This document shows positions 46,296-57,970 of a DNA stretch of 64,000 nt, piece after piece. This DNA is from a virus. Numbering within the stretch: the stretch's first letter is position 1; each line of letters opens with the position of its first letter. Made by a program: the position numbers and the translations under genes. Under the pieces are notes generated by a model, which was given only the letters and a program-made list of their open reading frames with translations, was not told the origin of the DNA and made no database searches. Location of the stretch: IMG/VR virus record IMGVR_UViG_3300037584_005429, positions 1 through 64,000 of that record, one strand, 5' to 3'.

Positions 46296-49200
46296 TTAAT
46301 ATCCTCCACCACCACCGCCTGAGGAACCTCCTCCACCATAAGAACCTCCTCCACCACCACTAGATGAAGAACCAGCACTTGACGTACCACCACCACTAGA
46401 TGAATAACTAGTTGTGGAAGGTGTACTTATCCCCGCTGCACCACCACCAGATGGTGATGATGATGTAGTAGTTGGTGCCGATGGGGTTATAGGACTATCA
46501 CTACTATTTAAATTATAGGTTTTTAACCAACTCAATCCTTTGGTACCAAATTCTTTTAAACCATATATACATAAAAGATTATTCGTACTACCTTGTTTTG
46601 TAAAGGTTGGTTTTGATTGAAATTTTCTTTTATTAGTGTTAAATTCTTGAGCTAGTATTTTTGTTTCTTTAACCACTAATTGACTTCCTGAAATTAAAGA
46701 CCTTTCATTTATGTCATAAGATGAAGCGTATGTTGATACTGGATTAGTTGTGTTACCTGTAAGTATGTTATTGTAATAAGTTGTATTTTCTTGGGGGGCT
46801 GCAGGAGGAGCGTTAAAACTCATCATTCTTGCCTGAAATTGAGGTGCTGGGAATGATGTATATCCTGTTGGATTTACTGTAAATTGACCGGTATGAATAC
46901 TACTAAGTGGTGTACCGGACATTGAGTAACATCTATAAACAAACTTGTCTCTATGAAAATCTGAATTTTCTACTTTAACACCACTAGTCCATAAAGTGGT
47001 AGCTGGTACCATTTGTTCAATTATTCTTATCCAATAATCCCCCATTGATTGAGCATAATCCACCATTTTTGTGTAAGTATACTTATTATTATCACCACAA
47101 CTTTGATTTAAATAATCTAAATACATCTGTTGTAATACGGGATATCCACCTGTTTTACCATCATTAATGGTCATTCTACATTTAACGTCAATAAAATATT
47201 TCCAAAAATTATCTCTAAATAATTTAAAGTCTAATTTTTTAGCGTTTATTTTTGGGTTAGTAGCATCCCAAGTACCTCCACTTGTTGGGTATGGTGGTGG
47301 TAATGTTCCACCACTAAACATACAATTATAAAGACTAGATTGTCTCCAAACATCGTATGTCAATCCTTGTCCTATGTTTAGGTTTAAATCAACATTTTTA
47401 ACATTTAGAATTAGTTTTTCATTACTAGTTTGGTAATAGGCACTTCTCCAGTACCTATCATTAAAACTATATTTTCTCGTTTCATTCTCCGCAATACATT
47501 TATTTTTTTGGAACATTTCAATGTACCTAATTCTACCCATAAGCATTTTTCTCCATTTCGGGTGTGTCTGTGCTGCGGTTAACTCTTCAAATTTTTCAAT
47601 TAATCTTTCTTTTTGACTCTGTAATTGCCCACAATTAAATCTAAATACCTTATTTTTAAAACCTGTTTGTTCAAAATTACCAGAAGTTGAAAAAATACCG
47701 ATATCAGCTTCTATATCTGGTCTATATATATCTTGTCCTATTTCTACCCAAGATTTTTTATCGTCTATAATCCTTTCTAAACTATATCCCAAATACATAT
47801 GTGGGAATCTTCTAAATCTGTCTAGATAAGGAGCTTTTGGGTCATTTGAAAATTGACCTGTTGTCCAAAATCCACCCCATGTAAATTCTCTAAATTTAGT
47901 TACAACACTAGGATTACAACCACTTAACGTTGAGTCTTGTTGATTTATAATTAAGTCTGATTTATGTTCTTCAGTTCTTTCGAACCAACCAGCTCCTCTT
48001 TGGAAATAGAAATTATCTGTTATTCTAGGAACTTTGGGGTAACCTTCACTAGTTATAGGGTAATCACTAAGTGTGAATGGGTGTGTTGTTGTACCAGTAA
48101 CATATGTAAAAGATGAAAATGGTATACTATATTTAATGGTTTTTGTTTCGTAGGTACCACCTGAAATAAATGACCAATTATCATAAAATTTATTTATATT
48201 TATTTTAGCATCTGCTAAAACTATGTACTCATTAAATTCAACTAAAGCTTCAGGTGCTCCTAACAATCCAAGTAAAAACTCTATAGATTTTCTAGTCCCT
48301 TTCGACTTAAATAGATATCCAGTATTAAGTAATATTCTTCTGTACAACTCAATATCTAGTTCTGCTGGTGTCATACTAACACTAGTTCCTGAATATTCTG
48401 GAACAGAAACTCCTAATACATTATCTAAAAATGTGTTATTATTTAAAGTATTTGGTGTTGACCAACCCAAAGTTTTTGCAAAGTTTTTAATTAATTCATT
48501 TGGTATGTTATTTTTACCATCATATGTTACATTAGTCATGTAGGCTATACCGTCAACAAATAATTTTATATCGTCAAAACTTCTTCCATATATTTGTAAA
48601 GTTTTTTCTACTTTTTGGTCGGAGGTGTCAAATTCTTTAAGTACTGGTGATGTTAAAAATCTAGATACTAAATTAGTTTTTTGTATATCTAATTCTTGAC
48701 CTAAATCTGATAACTTAGTTAAATAATCAGTATATGCATTTGTAGTAACATCAATATTAATAGCATCTTGTTTAGTCCAAGTAACTAAATTATCACTGTA
48801 AAAAGTTCCACCCATGCTGGATTCTTTTATAAGTCTAAAATTAGCTGTATACTCTGGAACAACTTCTCTATTCATTAAAAATCTTTCTACATAATCAAAA
48901 TTTTTGAATACGTCATCACTTTCTAATTTGTTAGGTTTTACAAAAAAAGTATCTGTTGTACTAGTATTATTTATAAATGGGTTACCCTCTACTGTAAAAG
49001 TTAAAAACCCTGTAGTTACTGTTTGAGGTTTAAAGTCTATTATCTTATACTCTAGTGCATTTATTTCTCCCCCTAAAGTTAAAACATAATTTTTATATTC
49101 CGTGGTTAGATTTCTTAGTTTTGATACTGTACCATCAGCAACTTTGATTATGGTATCTGAACCATACCCAAACATTTCTAAATTATTTAAAATTTGTTCT

Positions 49201-49742
49201 TTACTAATAGGTGTATTTAATAACTCACCATTTGATGTGAATTCTATGACAAATGGATTTGATATGTGGTCTACATTAACATTAAATGTAGTTTGATTCG
49301 TACCGATGTCGTAATTTATATTATAAGCTGTAGTATTTCCACTTTGGTTTAATGAATTTACACCGTCAATAAATAAAGCTGCTGGAAAAAAATTAATTAT
49401 ATTTTGAGTTGCGACACTTAATCTCTTTTTTAATGAGCCATATAAAACTAATTCAGCTATATTACTAGTATCAGTATTTATGTATACTTGGTAATTATTT
49501 TTTGCAAAAGATTGTGCTGTTTTTAAATCACTAAAATCTAAAGATTCCAATGTAATTGGTTTAGAAAAACCTTCTAAAACTTGGTTAGTAGCTACACTTC
49601 TAGTATATTCTTGACTTATAGAAAAATTACCCATAGTCATCTGTGATGAACCATCGGTTATTTGATTACCAACTAAATTATCACTAAAGGTATCTCCTCC
49701 GTGTCCTGGTGCTGGTGGATATCTAAATCTATTACTAGCCAT
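46296..49742 (-). CDS. Baseplate wedge-like structural protein
   Basis: YGSLKKR; IELYRRILLN..LFKSKGTRKSIEFLL..G (gpI/gp7-like motif); IEQMVPATT; Ser/Gly tail ending GGGGGGY. Confidence 0.65.
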   Translation of the reverse strand: MASNRFRYPPAPGHGGDTFSDNLVGNQITDGSSQMTMGNFSISQEYTRSVATNQVLEGFSKPITLESLDFSDLKTAQSFAKNNYQVYINTDTSNIAELVLYGSLKKRLSVATQNIINFFPAALFIDGVNSLNQSGNTTAYNINYDIGTNQTTFNVNVDHISNPFVIEFTSNGELLNTPISKEQILNNLEMFGYGSDTIIKVADGTVSKLRNLTTEYKNYVLTLGGEINALEYKIIDFKPQTVTTGFLTFTVEGNPFINNTSTTDTFFVKPNKLESDDVFKNFDYVERFLMNREVVPEYTANFRLIKESSMGGTFYSDNLVTWTKQDAINIDVTTNAYTDYLTKLSDLGQELDIQKTNLVSRFLTSPVLKEFDTSDQKVEKTLQIYGRSFDDIKLFVDGIAYMTNVTYDGKNNIPNELIKNFAKTLGWSTPNTLNNNTFLDNVLGVSVPEYSGTSVSMTPAELDIELYRRILLNTGYLFKSKGTRKSIEFLLGLLGAPEALVEFNEYIVLADAKININKFYDNWSFISGGTYETKTIKYSIPFSSFTYVTGTTTHPFTLSDYPITSEGYPKVPRITDNFYFQRGAGWFERTEEHKSDLIINQQDSTLSGCNPSVVTKFREFTWGGFWTTGQFSNDPKAPYLDRFRRFPHMYLGYSLERIIDDKKSWVEIGQDIYRPDIEADIGIFSTSGNFEQTGFKNKVFRFNCGQLQSQKERLIEKFEELTAAQTHPKWRKMLMGRIRYIEMFQKNKCIAENETRKYSFNDRYWRSAYYQTSNEKLILNVKNVDLNLNIGQGLTYDVWRQSSLYNCMFSGGTLPPPYPTSGGTWDATNPKINAKKLDFKLFRDNFWKYFIDVKCRMTINDGKTGGYPVLQQMYLDYLNQSCGDNNKYTYTKMVDYAQSMGDYWIRIIEQMVPATTLWTSGVKVENSDFHRDKFVYRCYSMSGTPLSSIHTGQFTVNPTGYTSFPAPQFQARMMSFNAPPAAPQENTTYYNNILTGNTTNPVSTYASSYDINERSLISGSQLVVKETKILAQEFNTNKRKFQSKPTFTKQGSTNNLLCIYGLKEFGTKGLSWLKTYNLNSSDSPITPSAPTTTSSSPSGGGAAGISTPSTTSYSSSGGGTSSAGSSSSGGGGGSYGGGGSSGGGGGGY

Positions 49743-49748
49743 AAGTTG

Positions 49749-50657
49749 TTAAACGTTTATTGTACTAAATGTCTTACTAAAATCTATGTTGTTACCCCTA
49801 TTTGCTCTAATTTCGTATAATTGGTCATTAAATTGGTCTCTGACTTCATATAAATCGTACTGTTGGTAGATATTTTGATTAAAGTCATAAAGGGTGTAGA
49901 TTCCGTCGTCTATCGATTTAGATTGATTACCGTATAATGCAATTGCTAAAGTATCAAAGTCATGGTCTACCATTTCTACATCTAAAACAATAGGGTTAAA
50001 GAAAGTATTTGTAATTATAACATTTTGACCTGGTTGTCCTATAAATGGAATCGCGTTAGGATTATTAGAAGGTGCACTAGTTGGTGTTAGTGTACAAAAT
50101 ATTAAATTTGTTTCGGTATTAGTGTAGACATATCTAGGTGCTATTTGATTTGGGTTTGTTAGGTTTGCTGCTACTGGTTCACAATAAAAATTAGATGTTA
50201 CTATTCTAAAAAAGTTATGTATTTTTTCTCCATTTGCTTGTAAATATTCTATTCTATAACCAACTAGAGAATGTGGTTTAAATCTACTTCTATATGCTGC
50301 TGGTACATTATTTAAATCAAATACCAGTCCTTTTACGTTTGGCAGTGATGCCAATATACCACAATCTATTATAGTGGTTCTTATTTCTACTGGTCTTATA
50401 TAGATTGTATAGATACCTTTTGCGGCAAAAACATTAGATGGTAATTGTAAATCATATAAACCACCTAAAATTTCAACACCATTTTGTCCACCAGTATTGT
50501 TTTGGTGATAGTGAGGTGTAAGTAGGGTGGTAGCTGGTAATTGCGAGACCACAAAATTAGAAGTAGCATCCCTACTAGGGGTATAGTGTACAATAATTTG
50601 TACATCATCTGGAAGTACGTCAGCTGGTCTTTTTATTCCGTATGCTCCTAATGCCAT
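49749..50657 (-). CDS. Putative virion structural protein
   Basis: Beta-rich 302-aa ORF within the structural operon. Confidence 0.6.
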   Translation of the reverse strand: MALGAYGIKRPADVLPDDVQIIVHYTPSRDATSNFVVSQLPATTLLTPHYHQNNTGGQNGVEILGGLYDLQLPSNVFAAKGIYTIYIRPVEIRTTIIDCGILASLPNVKGLVFDLNNVPAAYRSRFKPHSLVGYRIEYLQANGEKIHNFFRIVTSNFYCEPVAANLTNPNQIAPRYVYTNTETNLIFCTLTPTSAPSNNPNAIPFIGQPGQNVIITNTFFNPIVLDVEMVDHDFDTLAIALYGNQSKSIDDGIYTLYDFNQNIYQQYDLYEVRDQFNDQLYEIRANRGNNIDFSKTFSTINV

Positions 50658-50660
50658 CTT

Positions 50661-50882
50661 TTAAGGTTGTTTATTTATTTTATAAAACCCATATCCATGT
50701 AACTCTAATTCACCTAAATTTGGTGTTTGTCCTAGTCTTTGGGGTCTTTCAAAGACGGTTATTTTACCTCTTTCAATAAATATATTGGACCTAGTTTCTG
50801 GTCTTTCACAAACATTCATTAAAACCTCTTCTTTTGTTAAAGGTGGTATACAACCATTTCTAAAAATTTTTTTAAATCCCAT
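50661..50882 (-). CDS. Small late protein
   Basis: LTKEEVLMNV..P...SNIFIERGK..ERPQRLG..GYGFYKI; own ATATTTAT at 50896-50903. Confidence 0.7.
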   Translation of the reverse strand: MGFKKIFRNGCIPPLTKEEVLMNVCERPETRSNIFIERGKITVFERPQRLGQTPNLGELELHGYGFYKINKQP

Positions 50883-50915
50883 CTATTATTTTATTATAAA
50901 TATCCCAGTAATAAT

Positions 50916-51488
50916 TTATACTGACACATTTTGTTTATAATATTTTTCTTTATATTCTTTTATTGAAATTGGTTTGCCATACTTAAAACCAAAATTATTT
51001 TTTGCTATATGTTTTTTTAAGGGAAACTTTCTATGTATTTCCCATAAATCTTTAACCAACTCTACGTTGCCTTTATCACTATATTTAATAGCTTTTACTA
51101 TATGGGTATCCGCTTTATTTAGTGATTGACCTGGTTTTAACCCCCATATATCTTTTTTCCTTTGGAAACTGATGTCCATCCAAAAATCACAATCTATTAA
51201 AGCAACTTCCATAGATTCTAGTAAAACTTTTTTAATTAAATCGTACTCTAATTCTTTGCCTTCTTCTTGTGTTACAATCATATCTACATCCCAAGTAGGC
51301 CAAAAAGGTCTTATTTTCATTATGTGACTTGTAAAAGAACCCGTAATATAAAATTCAAAATTATTATACCACTTTTTTTTAGACACTATATCAACCCATT
51401 TATCCAATCTTTCTACTGTAGGCATATAAATTTTTTTATCTACTTTGATATATCCTATTTCATATTTTTTGTATTTCCCACATTCCAT
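50916..51488 (-). CDS. Minimal nucleotidyltransferase (Pol-beta superfamily)-like protein
   Basis: FYITGSF...TWDVDMIV...WMDI (hGS, DxD, third D). Confidence 0.6.
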   Translation of the reverse strand: MECGKYKKYEIGYIKVDKKIYMPTVERLDKWVDIVSKKKWYNNFEFYITGSFTSHIMKIRPFWPTWDVDMIVTQEEGKELEYDLIKKVLLESMEVALIDCDFWMDISFQRKKDIWGLKPGQSLNKADTHIVKAIKYSDKGNVELVKDLWEIHRKFPLKKHIAKNNFGFKYGKPISIKEYKEKYYKQNVSV

Positions 51489-51509
51489 ATTATTCTAAAT
51501 TAATACTAT

Positions 51510-54500
51510 TTAATTAGGTCCTTGAATAAAAGGGTCAATAGATGATGTCGGTTGTATAGAGGATGAGGAAGAACTGTTTGCACCACCACAAGGTGTATTA
51601 AGACTATTGACACCACAAGGTAACCACATACTATGATAAGTACCATTATTAACTATAAATTGTCCACTATTAGGGTCACCAGTACCAGGGTCCATACCTA
51701 CAATTTGACAAGGTGGTGGCATAGAACCAGATAAATTAGCTGGTTGTAGAGTTGTTCCACCTGGAGCAACAGGTTGAGCGGGGTCTTTACATTTATTTAA
51801 TACTGAATCCCACCCTAATTCACAAGCACAACACCAACAACAATTTTCGTTAATGTTAGTCGGGTCTACATTATATATACATTCACCTACTTGGAACGGC
51901 ACACTAGTATATGCTGGATTAATTGATTGGTGTGGAAAGGTTACTGGAGTTGGTGGTACATAACCATTTAATGTTATATTACAGTCTTCACACTCAGTAC
52001 TCACACTAGGTACACACGGGTCGTTATTAGCATCAACATTACAAGGTAACCACATACCACCACCAATATTCTGTCCAACTATACTACTTGGTTCTGGTTG
52101 TCCATCTTTACATCGTGCTGGTGCACTCACCGAGAATAATAAACTTTGTAAACTTTCAGGTGCGTATGGATTTGCTCCTGCTGGACTTGGTCCAGCTGGT
52201 ACACAACAATAACAACAATCACCATCAGTAGGGTCAAAAACACAATCATTTATATTGTATAATGCTGCAGGACTCCAAGGACCCAAATAATTTACAGGAC
52301 CAGTTAACAAACTACCTAAAGTAACATCACAATCATCACAACCTAAAAGTGGGTCTACACAGTCTGCAAGACAGTCTTGAAGAGCTGTTGGACCCGTATA
52401 TTGTCCCATTCCATTTCCTGGGTCTACACAATTACATGGACCCGGACAATTAACACAATCAAAAGTATCTGGTATTGTTGGGTCCTCACAACAATTAAAA
52501 GCTTGTTGACAATCTAAAAGACTAGGGTATATACCTGAAGGGTCTGGTGCGCACTGACAAGGGGGTCTACATATATTACTAGAGGTTACATCTATACACA
52601 GATTAGAATTACTACTACAACCCGGAGCGTTGTTACAAGGAGTATTAGGGTCATTAGCTATTTTTGAACTTACCGTTAATAAATTAATTAAAAAACCATC
52701 AGGTGAATATGCAGGGTTTCCTGCCGCACCTTGAGCTGGATTATAGAGGTCGTTCCATGTTGGTGGTGTAACACATCCTTGAGCGATATTCCACATAAAA
52801 TGGTAGTAACTAGGTGTCGTGAAAGACATCATATCTGGATGACTAAATTCTATTTTACTTTTTTTAAGACGATATGTATTACCAGGACCATTTAAATTTG
52901 TTTCTTCAAAACAGCCTGGTGTCAACGCCAATCCAGGATTAGCTCCGTAAGGGTCAACTTGTGTACCACCTACAAAATTTACCCAATCAGTCTGATATGC
53001 TGGCCAATTTGTACCTGGTATACTAGTGCTATTATTAACATTATATCCTGCTGCTCTATGTTTTAATAATAATACTTGTAAAGCTGTACCAGCATTAGAA
53101 TAAAAACCTGCATTTACAATAGCATTAACTTGAGCGTTACTATATCCTAGAGGAAGTAATAATGAAGCGTCGGAAGGGTTTACGGTAAATGCGTTTGAAT
53201 AACTTTGGGTTAGACCAAGTCCATTTGGTTGATTAACATATGGAAGATTAGAACCGACACCAATATTCCAACCTGTCCAAGCTGATGATACTGTATTATC
53301 ACCCTTACATGACCAAGTCTCTGGTATATAACAACATGTAGTAGTATCTGCGGTACACGAAGCTAAAGTATTATACCCAACAGTAGCATTTGCATCCCAA
53401 ATACATGGACAAATTCCTGTACCTGGGTCTGGATTTCCTGTGTTACAAACATAATAACCAGTTGTTGGGGGTTGACAACAAGGATTAGCGTTTGCCGCAA
53501 TATTACAAGTAAATAAATCGTTATAAATACAATTAGGTCCAGTAACACAAGGTTGGCAATAACAAGGAGCTATTGTACAATTACAGTATTCTGGACAACA
53601 GTAGTTGTAACCACCCATAGTTCCACCCCAATTTTGTCCACCTTCTGTGTTAGACGCACCACAATGAGTCTGCCAAGCTGTAGAGTTTTGTTGGTGTGAA
53701 TTACCTAAACTTACTCCTGGTACACCTACAGCTGTTGATTGTGCAACCCAATCAGCGTAAGAAGTTGTAATTATACCCCCTCCAATTGCTGCATCTACTG
53801 CTGCATCATTAGGACACCCCCCAAGTGCCAATCCTACGGACCTCCATGAGGTACCAGGTCCGTTTGGTGTGATACATATTCCAACAACACCGTTCCCTTC
53901 AACTTTAATCCCTGTAAATGGTACATTGTGGTATGCTGGATTTGCTGCTATCCACATCATATAAAAACTCATGCTGGCCATAGGTAGCGTTGTACCTACA
54001 CTAATAGCATCAGCATTAGTTAAAAAATAATTTCCGGCCGTGACACAAGAATTTGTTAAATTACCACCTTCTATACATTCAAACATAGTTGTTGCTGCTG
54101 TGGTAGGGCAAGAAGTGTCACATGGTACCCACATTGGGTACCCACCATTTGTTTGTCCACCAGGAAACGTGTTTGGTACATTAGCTGCTAAGAAATTTGA
54201 ATATTCGTTATACCACTGTGATGGGTTCATACCACTATGTAAAGCTGGGTCATATTGGTCGTATACCATAACATAACAACAACAAGTGTTTGCTGAATCA
54301 CAATGTGTTACCACATCCGCTATATTATACATAACACCAGGTGTCCAAGTAGGTGCACTAATAGTACTACCTACAATTGGAGTTGGGATGTTAACGGAAC
54401 TTAGTGACCAATTACCACTTGCATCAATTACAGGGAAAGTAACATTACCCGCGGTTAAACAATCGTTACATGGACAACAAGTTGTATTGTCTGAACCTAC

Positions 54501-57500
54501 ACCACCTAATGGATAAGAGTTTGTGGTACAAGCCGACATAGTATTGTAAGCCGTACAACCTAAATAAGGCGGATTTGCGGTCAAAAATGGTATAGTTATA
54601 AGACTACAATGACATGGGTCTGGTTGAGCTATCGCACCTAAATCTGGTTTACATTCTCCACATACAAAGTTACACTCATCTTGACAATCTGCTGGGTTTG
54701 AAAAAGGTCCATGTACACAATCTGATGGCATGGTACCAACAAAACTTATACAACCATCCGTTGCGTGACAACAATATTCTGTTGATTGTGGACAACAAGG
54801 GTATTGAGCTTGTAAACTTATACAATCTCCTATTGATATCGCACAACTAAAATTATATGGATTTAAGTCACATAAACAACTAACAGTTGTATCACAACAA
54901 AATCTACAAGCAGCTTGACAGTCACTTAGACTAGCAAATCCTGTAGCTCCCGCTGGATACGGTGTAGCATTACCTTGTTGACCGAAAACTTGATTTTGTG
55001 TCCAACCTGGGAAAGGTGGTGTTGTAATCCACCCTTGAATTGTTGTTTCTGGAAAACAATTTGTTGTTGTAGCTGACTGTCCCGGATTAGTATCACAAAA
55101 GTAAACTGATGGTGCTGTACAATTACAATTATTTGTATTTGCCCAACAATCAAAAGCTGACGTATGTTCTGGGAATAAACCTAATGGGTTACTACCCACA
55201 AACTGACATTGTCCTCCTGTTGATGATGCGTCACATGCCCATTTACAGTTTTCTTGACAGTCTGCTAAAGTAGTGTAAGCAGCAGATGGATATAGTGGGT
55301 CCCCTGGAAAAACTTCTATACACCCACAACCATCAGGTGCTACACAAGGTGATAAAGAACTACACCATTCTGTATCATCACAATGAAATTTACTAGTTGC
55401 TCCAGAACAACAATCTAAATTATTTGGTGGTGGTGCTAATATACCTTGTTGACACTGAAATACACTTATAAACCCATACCAACTTGATGTGTTAGTTGTC
55501 ACCCCATTTATAACATCTTGTAACATAACACAATCTGTAAAGTCATCAGTTGGGTCAGCAGGTGTACCATTATCATCACAGAAACAACCCGCTTTACAAT
55601 GGTCCATACATGTACTTGCTGTATAACAATTGTTCGCGGCCTCTTGACCGAAAACATAATTACAAGGTACAACATTAAGGGTACAACCATTAAAAAAGTC
55701 ACAACTATATGTATCACCAGATACTTGTTGACATGGGTCACAACCAAAACCTATACCTGCAGTAGCTCCACTTGGTGTACTACCACAACTTATCCACGTA
55801 TTAGGGGTTCCATTTGGTGCATCTGGACCTCCCGGTATAAAATAATTACAATCATAGAATCCTCCTGGATAAGGGTTACTATATATTGGTGTATCACAAT
55901 AATAGCAACACACATCAGGTGACCCTAATTGCCAGGATACATAATCATATAACTCATAAGCATTATATACACTATCCCATTCTCCTTGGTCTACACCAAT
56001 ACCTCCAGTAAATGGGTCACAAGCACATTCACAAGTTACTTCATCAGGTACACACCCAGTAGGGTTATCTGTAGTACATTGTGTAAAGTTACAATATATA
56101 GGTCCAAGAGGGCTACAAGGTGGATTAGCACCCACAACCGAAATATATACACAAGGCCAGTATGGCCAAGATGGGTCATACTGACCACTTGCTGGATTAA
56201 ATATTTGTGAATCTTCATCACATTCTATATCACAACAACCTGTTGCCATACAACAAGCTGAAAAAGAATCATAGGGACCTCCAGGTGACCAACCCCAACC
56301 ACTAGGTAATGTTGCTGGATTTGAATAATTTTGACAGTTACCGTAGCTACTACCATCTGTTAAATTAACAAGACAGTCATGCCCACCATCTGTGGGACAA
56401 TTGTCGTCACAAAGTTGTGCGGTGGCATAACTTCCATTTGGGTATAAAGCTAATAAACCTGGGTCTATAGGATTTGGGTTTGCACCGAACCCACTTAAAG
56501 GTACGTTTGCTGGGTTAATAGCCCAAGTTGCTTCCCAAGCTGGTAATGGTGTAGGGCAAGGTGATAATTGTTGGCAGGGTGTGGCATCACCACTTAAACA
56601 AACCCAACAGCTAGTTAATGGTGGTACACAATAAGTACAACACTGTGCTGATGTAGTATAAGGACCACAACCTGGTGTAAAACAAGGTATACATGTACTA
56701 CTACCAGGAAAACCAGTACCACCACTACAAGGTTGTACCCATGGGTCGTAACAAAGCCAAGCACAAGGACCAGGTATCCCATTATTATTATTTGGGTCAC
56801 TAGCACAATCACCAGAAGTAGCGTAAGTACCCCCAACTATTTGTACACAACCTTGGTCACAAAAATATTCCCAAGCTGTAAAATCACAACACGCTGATAT
56901 TCCTTGGCCTGGAACACCGTTTTCACAATCATTTAAAGTATAAAATGGGTCTAAAAATAACTGATTATTATTAGCTGTTATTTGTGGGTTAGCTAGAATA
57001 TAATTTGTCATTATATCGTAATAGTCCGCATCCGGTAAAGCTGCACATGATACTTCAGAACAACAAGGTGTTGATGTTGGTGTTGTACATGACCAAGCTA
57101 TTGGATTACACCAATCTTCACAATCTGTCATTGAAGAGAATGTAACTGAAAAAGGATATGTGGCTGCTGAGTAAGCTGGGTGTGTATAATCTATTTGAAT
57201 ACACCCTGGTTGGTCACAATTATATTGGTTTGGGCAATGCCATCTATCATCGACTGGACAATTACCATTATTATATTCTGTTAAACAACCACCAGGACCA
57301 GCGTAAAAAGTAAAACTATTAGGTGTACTTCCTGAAATTAATTCACAAACATAAGGACCTGGATTGTTCAAATCTGGTGGACATACCCAACTTACACAAC
57401 CTACATAATCCCAATAAGATACGTTAGTAGTTGCTGTAGGTACTATACCTGCTGGTACATTAGTTAAAGCTCTATAACAATTTCCATCTGGACCATATAT

Positions 57501-57970
57501 AAACTCTCCTGTATTAAATGTTTGGGTGTTATCCCATTGTCCCGCTACACCAATACCACCCATAGGTGAATAAGCGTTGAATGGACTATATGGGTCAGCA
57601 CATGGTAGTGCACTACCTGTAGGACAAGTTACACAGTCTGGTGTACAGGCTTCCCAAACATGTACATCTGTACCCCCAGTAGGGTTAAGATAAACTCCTT
57701 GGTATAACTGATGTGGTAGTATTCCAGCAAATGGACTATTACCGCCCACATTACTTGTTTGTACTATATCTGTTACTGCTATATAACAACAACAAGATTG
57801 TGGTGTAACATCATAAACTATATCTCCTTTAACATAATCTACAAATGGTGACCAATTAGGTGGATTAGCAGGTGCATTAGCTGTTATAGTTTCTACAGTT
57901 AAAGTAACTCTGTCAATATATTCATCTTTTGTTAAACAAAATTCACAAGTTTCTTCAGGGCACTCAAAAC
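51510..57970 (-). repeat. Degenerate protein-level Cys-rich tandem repeats
   Basis: e.g. AYTTLADCQENC, FASLSDCQAAC, YPSLLDCQQAFNCC, FSNPADCQDEC, YTGPTALQDCLADC, YNTLASC. Confidence 0.7.
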
